Shown here one piece after another: positions 36,767-45,657 of a DNA stretch of 56,725 nt (position 1 is its first letter; each line of letters starts with the position of its first letter). Where the stretch lies: positions 1 through 56,725 of the forward strand of contig QKGJ01000404.1 in NCBI GenBank assembly GCA_003251275.1. The letters are read 5' to 3'. The notes beneath the pieces were generated by a model. The model made no database searches. It was given only the letters and a program-made list of their open reading frames with translations, and was not told the DNA's origin. This stretch comes from Ignavibacteria bacterium (lineage in GTDB: Bacteria; Bacteroidota; Ignavibacteria; UBA10030; UBA6906). The translations under genes were made by a program, and so were the position numbers.

Positions 36767-37731
36767 TCAAGGATTTCGTTTCTCTTTCGCCATTTTCACC
36801 AGACGACATCCAGGAGATTTTTGCCCTGACCCATTGGTTGAAAGAAACCCGTCCTCTCAACTATAAACCGCTGGCCGGAAAAACGGCCGCATTGATCTTC
36901 GAGAAGCCCTCGTTGCGAACGCACATGTCGTTCGAAGTAGGCATTCTCCAACTCGGCGGTCAATCAATATTCCTTTCGGACGACAGAATCGGTCTTGCAT
37001 CCCGCGAATCAGCCCGGGACGTTGCGGAAGTTCTGTCGCAATACAACGATCTGATTATTGCACGAACGTACTCACATGAGACTGTCGAGAAGCTTGCACA
37101 ATTCGCATCAGTTCCCGTTATTAATGCATTGACCGACCGGCTTCATCCTTGCCAGATCCTGGCGGACGCATACACGTTACTTGAAAAAGGGCTTCTCTCC
37201 CGCGACACCAGAATTGTTTTCGTTGGTGACGGAAACAACGTTGCCAACTCCTGGCTTGAGCTGGCCGAAAAAATACCTCTGCACCTTGTCGTCGCGTGTC
37301 CGCGCGGATACGAACCCGATGCAAATCTTCTCCGACGGGCAAAGATGGCCGGCATCAGTAAGGTGGAAGTACAGCACGATCCTACAATAGCAGCTCGGGG
37401 CGCAAACGTCTTGTATACCGACGTGTGGGTCAGCATGGGTCAGGAAGAGGAGAAGCTCAAACGGCAGCAGGCTTTTGCGGGTTTCCAGATTAACCAAAGC
37501 CTGCTGAACACCGCCGATCCCGAATGCCTGGTGATGCACTGCCTCCCGGCTCATCGCGGCGAGGAAATCACAGCGGACGTCCTCGAAGGACCGCAGTCGG
37601 TGGTGTTGGATGAGGTCGAGAATCGGCTTCACGTTCAAAAAGGAATCATCGCGTATCTGCTTGGCGAGAGAGCCGAGCACATTCTTACGCTCGACCGAGC
37701 GTCACAGTATGCAATAGCTGAAGGTGTATGA
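36763..37731 (+). CDS. argF: Ornithine carbamoyltransferase
   Basis: It lies in frame with track ORF 36616. The ATG at 36763 overlaps the argB stop (ATGA). Motifs seen are FEKPSLRTHMSFE, HPCQILAD, DVWVSMG and HCLPAHRGEE. Confidence 0.88.
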   Translation: MIKDFVSLSPFSPDDIQEIFALTHWLKETRPLNYKPLAGKTAALIFEKPSLRTHMSFEVGILQLGGQSIFLSDDRIGLASRESARDVAEVLSQYNDLIIARTYSHETVEKLAQFASVPVINALTDRLHPCQILADAYTLLEKGLLSRDTRIVFVGDGNNVANSWLELAEKIPLHLVVACPRGYEPDANLLRRAKMAGISKVEVQHDPTIAARGANVLYTDVWVSMGQEEEKLKRQQAFAGFQINQSLLNTADPECLVMHCLPAHRGEEITADVLEGPQSVVLDEVENRLHVQKGIIAYLLGERAEHILTLDRASQYAIAEGV

Positions 37732-38177
37732 AATCACAGCGTCAGTTTACGATCAAAGAACTCATCAGCGCCAAGGCGATCGGCAGCCAGGATGAGCTCC
37801 GGTTGGAACTGAAGAAGAAGGGATTCAAAGTAACACAGGCAACTCTTTCGCGCGACCTGCAGGAACTGGGCGTCGCCCGTCTTCCATCGGACGATGGCTT
37901 CCGTTATGCGCTGCAGCCGGGGACAAGCGCATCAATCCTCCGTCCTGCGGTGACAACAGAGATCATCACCATCACTGCCAACGAAAGCATGATCGTGGTG
38001 CGCACTCTTCCAGGATGCGCGAATGTTGTGGGGGAGGTTGTGGATACGCTCCGCAATCCCGATATTATTGGCACCGTTGCGGGGGACAATACACTCCTCA
38101 TCATTCCATCCTCTGTCAAGAAGACGAAAAAAGTGATAGAGTTTCTCAAAGATAATCTGGTGAAAGGCAAACCATGA
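37728..38177 (+). CDS. argR: Arginine repressor
   Basis: Track ORF of 149 aa. It has an N-terminal winged helix ([16 protein letters not shown]) and a C-terminal oligomerisation/arginine-binding region ([12 protein letters not shown]). Confidence 0.88.
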   Translation: MKSQRQFTIKELISAKAIGSQDELRLELKKKGFKVTQATLSRDLQELGVARLPSDDGFRYALQPGTSASILRPAVTTEIITITANESMIVVRTLPGCANVVGEVVDTLRNPDIIGTVAGDNTLLIIPSSVKKTKKVIEFLKDNLVKGKP

Positions 38178-39433
38178 ACAGAACGAAAATTGTCGTTGCG
38201 TATTCCGGGGGGCTCGACACCTCCGTCATGGTCAAGTGGCTCAGCGAAAAATACAATGCGGAGATCATTACTGCGACGGGCGACCTGGGACAGAAGAAAG
38301 AACTTACCGGACTCAAAGAAAAAGCAAAGGCCACCGGCGCGAGCAAGGTGTACATTCAGGATCTCACTCATGACTTCGTTGCCGACTTCATTTTCCCCGC
38401 ACTCAAAGCAAGCGCTCTTTATGAAAATGTTTATCCGATGGCAACATCCCTTGGACGTCCACTCCTGGCAAAGATGCTGGTAGAGATCGCACGTTCCGAA
38501 GGAGCAGCGATGGTTGCTCACGGATGTACCGGAAAAGGAAATGACCAGGTCCGCTTCGAAGTCTCGGTTGCTGCGCTTGCGCCGCATGTCAAAGTTCTCG
38601 CACCTCTACGTGATTGGGAATTCAAATCGCGTGAACAGGAAATCGAGTATGCCCGGTTGCATCACATTCCGGTCGCCGCGACAGTCGCATCGCCCTACTC
38701 CATCGATGAGAACCTCTGGGGTACCAGCATCGAGTGCGGCGTTCTGGAAGACCCGATGATGGAACCGCCTCCCGACGCGTTTCACCGAACTGTTGCACCG
38801 GAAGACGCACCCGACGAGCCGCGCAACGTTGAAATCGAATTCGACCATGGTGTTCCGATTGCACTTGATGGAACCTGGGTCGCAGGTGTAAAGCTCATCG
38901 ACCGGCTGAACGAAATCGGCGGCATGCATGGCATTGGCCGCATCGACCTTGTCGAGAACCGGCTGGTCGGTATCAAGTCGCGTGAAATTTATGAAGCCCC
39001 CGCGGCGACCATTCTTCATTTTGCGCACACGGAACTCGAACGGCTCACACTGGAAAAATCTGTATTCCACATGAAGACCCAGATTGCGCGTGAGTATGCT
39101 AACCTTATCTATAACGGCCTCTGGTACTCTCCTCTTCGCACTGCACTCGATGCCTTCATTGATGAAACGCAGAAGACCGTCACGGGCACCGTCCGGCTCC
39201 GCCTGTACAAAGGCAACATGACGATTGTGGGAAGGAAGTCACAGTTCTCGCTGTACAATCCTGGCCTGGCAACCTATACCGAAGACGACACGTTCGACCA
39301 CAAGGCATCGGAAGGTTTCATCTCCATCTACGGCCTTCCCGTGAAGACCTACCACGAGGTGGCACAGAAGAATATCAGTGAAGGAAGAAAGCCGATAGCG
39401 TCGGGGATCCTGACGAAAGAGATTCTTCAATGA
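38174..39433 (+). CDS. argG: Argininosuccinate synthase
   Basis: Track ORF of 419 aa. Motifs seen are [23 protein letters not shown] and SIDENLWG. Confidence 0.94.
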   Translation: MNRTKIVVAYSGGLDTSVMVKWLSEKYNAEIITATGDLGQKKELTGLKEKAKATGASKVYIQDLTHDFVADFIFPALKASALYENVYPMATSLGRPLLAKMLVEIARSEGAAMVAHGCTGKGNDQVRFEVSVAALAPHVKVLAPLRDWEFKSREQEIEYARLHHIPVAATVASPYSIDENLWGTSIECGVLEDPMMEPPPDAFHRTVAPEDAPDEPRNVEIEFDHGVPIALDGTWVAGVKLIDRLNEIGGMHGIGRIDLVENRLVGIKSREIYEAPAATILHFAHTELERLTLEKSVFHMKTQIAREYANLIYNGLWYSPLRTALDAFIDETQKTVTGTVRLRLYKGNMTIVGRKSQFSLYNPGLATYTEDDTFDHKASEGFISIYGLPVKTYHEVAQKNISEGRKPIASGILTKEILQ

Positions 39434-40842
39434 AGGAAGGGAAGGGAGGAAAAGTATGGAAAGGAAGATTCCGTACACCTCTCCACCCTGAAGCGCTGCA
39501 GTTTTCGAGTTGTCTTTGCGTTGATCGCCGCCTCTACAAAGAAGACATCGAGGGAAGCATTGCGCATGTCTCGATGCTCGCCAAGCAGGAGATCCTTACA
39601 CGCAAAGAAGCGGACAAAATTGTCCGCGCTCTCGAGCAAATCGAAAAGGAGATCGAAAGCAGGAAGTTCAAGTTAGACTCTCCCGCTACATCCTCTGACC
39701 GCTTCGTTGCCGAAGATGTTCACATGGCAATCGAAGCACGCCTCTTCAAGAAGATAGGTCCTCTCGCAGGCAAACTCCACACTGCCCGCAGCCGCAATGA
39801 TCAGGTCGCCCTTGACGAACGGCTCTATCTAAAGCGCACAAGCACAGAAATCATGGAGTCGATTCGCTCTCTGCAAAGAGCATTCGTCACGGTCGCAGAG
39901 AAATTCCAGGATGTCTTGATGCCCGGATACACACATATGCAGCGCGCTCAGCCGGTGTTGCTTGCTCATCACCTTCTGGCATATGTGTACATGTTAGACC
40001 GCGATCACGACCGATTCCGGGACTGCCTGAAACGAATCGATGCCTCTCCTCTTGGAGCTGCGGCTCTTGCCGGGACTTCCTTTCCGATCGACCGCAAGCG
40101 GACTGCGCGCATGCTCGGACTAAGCAACATTGTCTATAACAGCATGGATGCAGTGAGCGACCGTGATGTGCAGATCGAGTTTCTCTCTGCCTGTTCAATT
40201 ACTCAAATGCACCTCAGCCGTCTTGCGGAAGAGCTTTTGTTGTGGAGTTCGCAGGAGTGGCGCTTTGCGGAGATTGCCGAGGAATTCACGACGGGCAGCA
40301 GCATTATGCCTCAGAAGCGCAACCCCGATATTGCCGAGCTTGTGCGCGGCAAAACCGGACGCGTCTACGGCAGTCTGATGGGCATGCTCACGATGATGAA
40401 GGGACTCCCCCTCGCCTACAACCGCGATCTGCAGGAGGACAAGTCTTTCTTGTTCGATGCCGCCGATACGACAACCGACTCACTCCGCATGTGCACGCTC
40501 ATGATGGAGAGCATTCACTTCCAGAGTGAGCGTTTTACAAAAGAACTTCGCTCCGATTTTCTTCTCGCCACTGAGCTTGCCGACTTTCTTGTGCGCAAAG
40601 GACTCCCCTTCCGCACTGCACACGCCTGCGTTGGCGAAGCCGTTGCCCTTGCCTCCGATCGCCGCTGTTCACTTTCAGATTTGACACTCCCCGAGTACCG
40701 AAAGATTTCCAAGCTGTTTGATGAATCTCTCTACAAGCTTCTCGACCCCCGCACGTCGATTGAGTTAAAGCGATCCGTAGGGTCCACTTCGCCTGCAGAG
40801 GTAAAGGCTGACATACGGGGGTGGAGGAAGAGGCTGTGGTAG
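39430..40842 (+). CDS. argH: Argininosuccinate lyase
   Basis: Track ORF of 470 aa. Motifs seen are [28 protein letters not shown] and the signature [12 protein letters not shown]. Confidence 0.94.
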   Translation: MKEGKGGKVWKGRFRTPLHPEALQFSSCLCVDRRLYKEDIEGSIAHVSMLAKQEILTRKEADKIVRALEQIEKEIESRKFKLDSPATSSDRFVAEDVHMAIEARLFKKIGPLAGKLHTARSRNDQVALDERLYLKRTSTEIMESIRSLQRAFVTVAEKFQDVLMPGYTHMQRAQPVLLAHHLLAYVYMLDRDHDRFRDCLKRIDASPLGAAALAGTSFPIDRKRTARMLGLSNIVYNSMDAVSDRDVQIEFLSACSITQMHLSRLAEELLLWSSQEWRFAEIAEEFTTGSSIMPQKRNPDIAELVRGKTGRVYGSLMGMLTMMKGLPLAYNRDLQEDKSFLFDAADTTTDSLRMCTLMMESIHFQSERFTKELRSDFLLATELADFLVRKGLPFRTAHACVGEAVALASDRRCSLSDLTLPEYRKISKLFDESLYKLLDPRTSIELKRSVGSTSPAEVKADIRGWRKRLW

Positions 40843-40858
40843 TGCCTACTTCCTTTAC

Positions 40859-40905
40859 TTGACATTCCACTGCGCGCTTGGTATCTATTCACCCACGAGT
40901 ATAAT
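40859..40905 (+). promoter_or_regulatory. Candidate sigma70-like promoter(s) downstream of argH
   Basis: TTGACA (40859-40864) is followed by a 17-nt spacer and TATCTA (40882-40887). An overlapping alternative is TTGGTA-N16-TATAAT, with the -10 at 40900-40905. The next ORF starts at 40934/40949. Confidence 0.4.
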
Positions 40906-40948
40906 CGTGCTCATAGAATTAACTTTTGGATGGATGAAGGAGATCAAT

Positions 40949-42592
40949 ATGCTTCGAAAAGAGGTTGGTGCTCTGGCCCTGAAAGGGTTGTTGTTCATTG
41001 TGTTGTTCGCTGCTGCTCCGAATCAGGTTCAGAGCCAAATGCACCATCATGCGGGAGAAACGCTCGGGACAGTCAGCTTTCCTGTTTCATGCGTTCCTTC
41101 AAGCCAGCCGGCTTTCAATGAGGCAATGACGCTATTCCATCACATGACGTACCCGCAGGCACGAGAGGCGTTTCAAAAAATTGCGGACACGGATACCCTA
41201 TGCGCGATGGCCTACTGGGGTGTTGCAATGACCTTGTTTCAACCACTCTGGCCAACACGGCCCAGTCCCCAGGATCTGCAGCGAGGATGGGAGGCCATGC
41301 AAAAAGCAACATCTCTTAACCCGCAAACTGAACGCGAACGTCTTTTAGTCGCTGCTACCGCTTCATTTTTCGATGATCCAAATTCACCAGACTATTGGAA
41401 ACGAATCCAGGCATGGTTCGAGGGAATGGAGAAAGCCTATGCTGCTTTTCCCAAAGACAACGAGGTTGCTGCGTTATATTCGTTGTCGCTCCTTGCCACA
41501 GTCCGCCCCGATCAAACATTTTCACCAAACAATGCACGGGCAGCGGAAATTCTTCTCCGGATTCTCCGGGAGAATCCCGCACATCCGGGAGCGATGCACT
41601 ATCTCATTCACGCAAACGATGCTCCCGGTCGCGAACGAGAGTCGCTTGAAATTCTCCGTGAGTACGAGGCCATTGCCCCGGACAATCCTCACGCGCTCCA
41701 CATGCCCACGCATATCTACACGCGGCTCGGGAACTGGGGCGAAGTTATTCGCAACAACATTAGGGCTGCCGAAGCCGCGCTAAAATTTCCTGCAGGGAAT
41801 CACGGACAGTTTGTATGGGATGAGTTCCCCCATGCAATTGAGTACATGGTCTATGCATATCTTCAAACGGGCGCAGATGATGAAGCAGCAAACCAACTAA
41901 ACCGCCTCCGCGGAACAGCAGGGCTTGAGCCCTCATTCAAAACTGCCTTCCATCTGGCATCCACCAAAGCTCGGTACGCGCTTGAGAGAAAGGCGTGGAC
42001 TGAAGCGACATCAATCGTTCCTCGGGAACAGAGCGCCATCAGTTGGGACCGTTTTCCCTGGGCGGAGGCAATCAGCTGGTTTGGGCGCGGCCTGGGATTC
42101 GTCCACGAGGGCAACATCCCTGAGGCAAAGAAATCACATCAACGCCTCCTCGAACTTGAAGGTGTTGCGGAGAAGACAAAAGAGGTACTTTTTACCCGGC
42201 ACACTCGAGTGCTGCGCCTCGATCTGGAGGCATGGATCAGCGACAAAAAAGGTATGTACGAAGCAAGTGTCGAAGCAATGACTCAAGCCGCCGAGCTGGA
42301 AGCTTCGACGCCGAAGCATGCAGTCACGCCTGGTCCTACTCTTCCGGCATATGAACTTCTCGGAGATCTTCAACTTGCCCACGGAAAATCGCAGGAGGCT
42401 TTGAATGCATATCGCAGTTCTTTGGAGATGAATCCCCTTCGGTTTAACTCCTTGCTGGGTGCTGCCCGGGCTGCGCGTGCCATGGACAGCACGAAAACTG
42501 CCGCTTCATTCTATCAGCAACTCATCGATATAGCCTCGAAACAATCAAAACGTGATGGCCTTGAAGAGGCACGAAGATTTCTTCAGAAGTAA
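40949..42592 (+). CDS. Secreted TPR-like repeat protein, function unknown
   Basis: It lies in frame with track ORF 40859. The ATG at 40949 is preceded by AAGGAG 6 nt upstream. It has a signal peptide (LLFIVLFAAAPNQVQSQ), a His cluster (MHHHAGE) and helical repeats throughout. Confidence 0.7.
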   Translation: MLRKEVGALALKGLLFIVLFAAAPNQVQSQMHHHAGETLGTVSFPVSCVPSSQPAFNEAMTLFHHMTYPQAREAFQKIADTDTLCAMAYWGVAMTLFQPLWPTRPSPQDLQRGWEAMQKATSLNPQTERERLLVAATASFFDDPNSPDYWKRIQAWFEGMEKAYAAFPKDNEVAALYSLSLLATVRPDQTFSPNNARAAEILLRILRENPAHPGAMHYLIHANDAPGRERESLEILREYEAIAPDNPHALHMPTHIYTRLGNWGEVIRNNIRAAEAALKFPAGNHGQFVWDEFPHAIEYMVYAYLQTGADDEAANQLNRLRGTAGLEPSFKTAFHLASTKARYALERKAWTEATSIVPREQSAISWDRFPWAEAISWFGRGLGFVHEGNIPEAKKSHQRLLELEGVAEKTKEVLFTRHTRVLRLDLEAWISDKKGMYEASVEAMTQAAELEASTPKHAVTPGPTLPAYELLGDLQLAHGKSQEALNAYRSSLEMNPLRFNSLLGAARAARAMDSTKTAASFYQQLIDIASKQSKRDGLEEARRFLQK

Positions 42593-42745
42593 ACCATGAC
42601 CCCATATGCTGGTCATTGTTTATGTCGTCGGCTCATGTTTTCATGGTTTTGAAGAGGGCTCGATGGACGGGTTGATCCTCGCGTTCGTTTCAAAAGAAAT
42701 GGCTGAAACGGAACGTCTCACAATCGTGATTTCAATTCAATTTCC

Positions 42746-43192
42746 ATGATAGCACTCATTAGCGCAGAAGATTCTGGTCGGCATGGCAATGTTGTCATAC
42801 TCAAGACCTATGACGCTTCTCATCTTGCTCATCTGGACAAAGCAAAACTGGCCGACGAGGGAATCGAGTCGTTCATCCGCGATGAGCATATCGTTTCTAT
42901 CAGTCCGTACCTGGCACACGCAGTTGGCGCCATCAAGCTGATGGTCTTTGCAGAAGATGTGGCCGAGGCACGGAGAGTGCTTGCCCTTGATGAATCCGGA
43001 TCGTTAAACAACGCGTTTGAAGGATCTCTTGACGCTCCAACCTCATGCCCTGAATGCGGAACGCTTGATGTTCAACGACGGAGCTCAGTCTTAGGCGGCC
43101 TTCTTTTTCTCTTTTTTTTCTTCCTTCCCGTCGCTCCCCGGACAAAGGAATACCAGTGCGCAAACTGCGGGCATGTGTGGAAAGTCGATTGA
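42746..43192 (+). CDS. Hypothetical protein: DUF2007-like N-domain plus a split zinc ribbon flanking a hydrophobic segment
   Basis: Track ORF of 148 aa. The segment VVILKTYDASHLAHLDKAKLADEGIESFIRDE...KLMVFAEDVAEARRVL resembles the putative signal-transducing DUF2007 fold. It is followed by CPECG...LLFLFFFFLPV...CANCGH. Confidence 0.55.
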   Translation: MIALISAEDSGRHGNVVILKTYDASHLAHLDKAKLADEGIESFIRDEHIVSISPYLAHAVGAIKLMVFAEDVAEARRVLALDESGSLNNAFEGSLDAPTSCPECGTLDVQRRSSVLGGLLFLFFFFLPVAPRTKEYQCANCGHVWKVD

Positions 43193-43263
43193 GCGTACAC
43201 TCATAAAAACCTCGTCATCAAAAAACAATCACTCCATAATACCATTCCCATAAGGAGAGAAAT

Positions 43264-43716
43264 ATGAAAACCTACCACATTCTAATTGCAGTAACCCTTA
43301 TTTTACTCGGTTCGCTCTCCCTCGCGCAGGAGTTCAGAACGCCACGCCATGCAGTAAATTTGCCACGCGGTGAAGCGGCGAATCTTCCCTTCAGCGATGC
43401 GGTAATGGTAGGCAACACTCTGTACATCTCTGGACGGGGAGGCATCGACTTTAAGACGATGAAAACACCCGATGACCCGAAGGATGAAGCGAAGCTGATG
43501 CTCGATGGTTTCAAGTCGATTCTCGCCACGGCCGAAATGACAATGGATGATCTCGTGTTTGTCACGGTCTATTGTCCAGACCTTGCATTGTACAAGGTGT
43601 TCAACGAGGTCTACAGGACATACTTCAGCAAAGATTTTCCGGCGAGGGCATTCGTCGGATCCGGGCCGCTTCTCTTCGGTATGCGTTTCGAAATGCAGGC
43701 TATAGCGGTGCGATAA
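43264..43716 (+). CDS. RidA/YjgF/L-PSP family protein with an N-terminal signal peptide
   Basis: Track ORF of 150 aa with a signal peptide ILIAVTLILLGSLSLAQE. The RidA core shows GNTLYISGRGG...VFVTVYCPDL...FPARAFVGSG...FEMQAIA. Confidence 0.82.
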   Translation: MKTYHILIAVTLILLGSLSLAQEFRTPRHAVNLPRGEAANLPFSDAVMVGNTLYISGRGGIDFKTMKTPDDPKDEAKLMLDGFKSILATAEMTMDDLVFVTVYCPDLALYKVFNEVYRTYFSKDFPARAFVGSGPLLFGMRFEMQAIAVR

Positions 43717-43741
43717 CTCATCAATCAACGGGAAGACCCTT

Positions 43742-44113
43742 ATGTCAACGATACTTCAGAACCATTACGTGCTGGCAGTCCATGATTTGGATAGATCGGC
43801 CGCCTTCTTCAAGGATCTCGGTTTCGAGGTTCACATGAAGCCGCCAGGTTGGATCTTCGTTAAGAAGGAAAATTGCATGATCATGCTTGGAGATTGCGTC
43901 GATTCGATTCCTGCGACTAAGTTGGGAGACCACAGCTATTTTGGCTACCTACGAGTCGATGATGTGGACAGCTATCATAAGGAGCTAGTCGCCAGAGGAG
44001 TGAAAATTGGACATCCTCTTGCAACCAAACCGTGGGGAATGCGGGAGTTTGGTGTTACGTCGCCTGAAGGACACCGCCTTATGATCGGACAATCGGTTAG
44101 TGAGATGCAATAG
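43742..44113 (+). CDS. VOC family (glyoxalase/bleomycin-resistance fold) protein
   Basis: Track ORF of 123 aa. It shows HYVLAVHDLDRSAAFFKDLGFEV near the N-terminus and PWGMREFGVTSPEGHRLMIGQ near the C-terminus. Confidence 0.8.
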   Translation: MSTILQNHYVLAVHDLDRSAAFFKDLGFEVHMKPPGWIFVKKENCMIMLGDCVDSIPATKLGDHSYFGYLRVDDVDSYHKELVARGVKIGHPLATKPWGMREFGVTSPEGHRLMIGQSVSEMQ

Positions 44114-44472
44114 GATGCAATAGGGTAACCGGCAATGTACCACGAACTGGGTTGAACGAAAAATTTTCTTTTGATACTCCTCTTACACGTCATAGAAAAA
44201 CGCCACTATTTCTCCCAATCCTGATTCCCCATGGAAAACGGGATGGCTATCTTCAGAAACCACGGGCTCAATCTGAGACTTGTTCATCCCCGGCTCTTCA
44301 CCTGTAGAACCATTTGCACTGAGGTACGAAACCAACGCGGGGCTGACGCCCTTGGTTTAAGATTTGGAACTATGTCCGGGGAAATTCCGTTCTAGGCATT
44401 GCAATACCATTGCAACTCTAATTTTCTTCCGCAAATACACTTTGTTCCACTTTTCATAACACCATAAGGAGT

Positions 44473-45429
44473 ATGTCCATGGCAGACAAAAAAATAATTG
44501 CAGTCGTTGGCGCAACAGGAGCCCAGGGAGGCGGATTAGCCCGCGCAATCCTGAACGACAAGAACAGCCAGTTTGCGGTGCGCGCAATAACGCGTGACGT
44601 AAATTCGCCGAAGGCGAAAGAGTTGGCAAAGCTTGGCGCCGAGGTCGTCGCAGCAGACGTGAACGACGTGGAGAGTCTCAAGAAGGCATTCAAAGGCGCA
44701 TATGGCGCCTATTGCGTGACGTTCTACTGGGAACACTTCTCCCCTGAAAAAGAGACCGCCAACGCGACGGCGCTCGCACAGGCAGTAAAGGCAGCCGGAG
44801 TGCAGCATGTGATCTGGTCCACCTTCGAAGACACACGCAAGTTTATCCCTTTGGATGACAAACGCATGCCCACGCTGATGGGAAAGTACAAGGTGCCGCA
44901 CTTTGATGCAAAGGCAGAAGTAAACCATGTATTCAAGGATCTCGGGGTACCGACAACATTCTTGCTCACCTCCTTCTATTGGGAAAACATGATTAACTTC
45001 GGCGCGGGCCCAAAGAAGGGCCCGGATGGCAAGCTGGCCATCACGTTCCCGTTGGGCGAAACAAAGATGCCGAGCATGAGTGCAGAGGATATTGGGAAAT
45101 GTGCATACGGCATTTTCAAAGGTGGTAAAGAGTATATCGGTAAGACAATCGGCGTTGCCGGCGAACACCTGAGCGGCGCACAAATGGCGACAACGCTCAG
45201 CAAAGTGCTGGGCAAAGAGGTGAAATACAACGCCGTGACGCCAGATGTATATCGAAGCTTCGGATTTCCCGGAGCGGACGATATGGGGAATATGTTCCAG
45301 TTCAAGCATGACTTTGAGAAGGAATACACCTCTGCGCGACCCGTGGAGGTCTCAAAGAAGTTGAACCCCTCCCTCCAAACCTTTGAGCAGTGGGCAAAGA
45401 AGAACGCAAGCAAGATTCCGTTGGAGTAA
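44473..45429 (+). CDS. NmrA-family NAD(P)-binding protein
   Basis: Track ORF of 318 aa. It has the Rossmann motif VVGATGAQGGGLARA and the NmrA-like pattern VRAITRD...AKELAKLGAEVVAADVND. Confidence 0.86.
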   Translation: MSMADKKIIAVVGATGAQGGGLARAILNDKNSQFAVRAITRDVNSPKAKELAKLGAEVVAADVNDVESLKKAFKGAYGAYCVTFYWEHFSPEKETANATALAQAVKAAGVQHVIWSTFEDTRKFIPLDDKRMPTLMGKYKVPHFDAKAEVNHVFKDLGVPTTFLLTSFYWENMINFGAGPKKGPDGKLAITFPLGETKMPSMSAEDIGKCAYGIFKGGKEYIGKTIGVAGEHLSGAQMATTLSKVLGKEVKYNAVTPDVYRSFGFPGADDMGNMFQFKHDFEKEYTSARPVEVSKKLNPSLQTFEQWAKKNASKIPLE

Positions 45430-45445
45430 ATGCTCAACTCACAGA

Positions 45446-45480
45446 CCGCCCGTATCTCAATGATGCGGGCGGCTTTTTGT
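45446..45480 (+). terminator. Rho-independent terminator after the NmrA-family gene
   Basis: The stem is CCGCCCG (45446-45452) paired with CGGGCGG (45466-45472), followed by CTTTTTGTTGTT. Confidence 0.7.
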
Positions 45481-45657
45481 TGTTATCCCGCAAGAATCAC
45501 CTCTTTTCACAAGGAAGACTCAACTCCATCTTTTGATGGAACTTTCCAACCCCTAATCGTCTTTAGCAACAAACCCCCTTTCCGTTCCTGAATTCGGGGG
45601 CTTCTCCACCTGCATCAGTGTCAACCTGTTCTCTCACATACTTTCGAGGAGGCCTTT

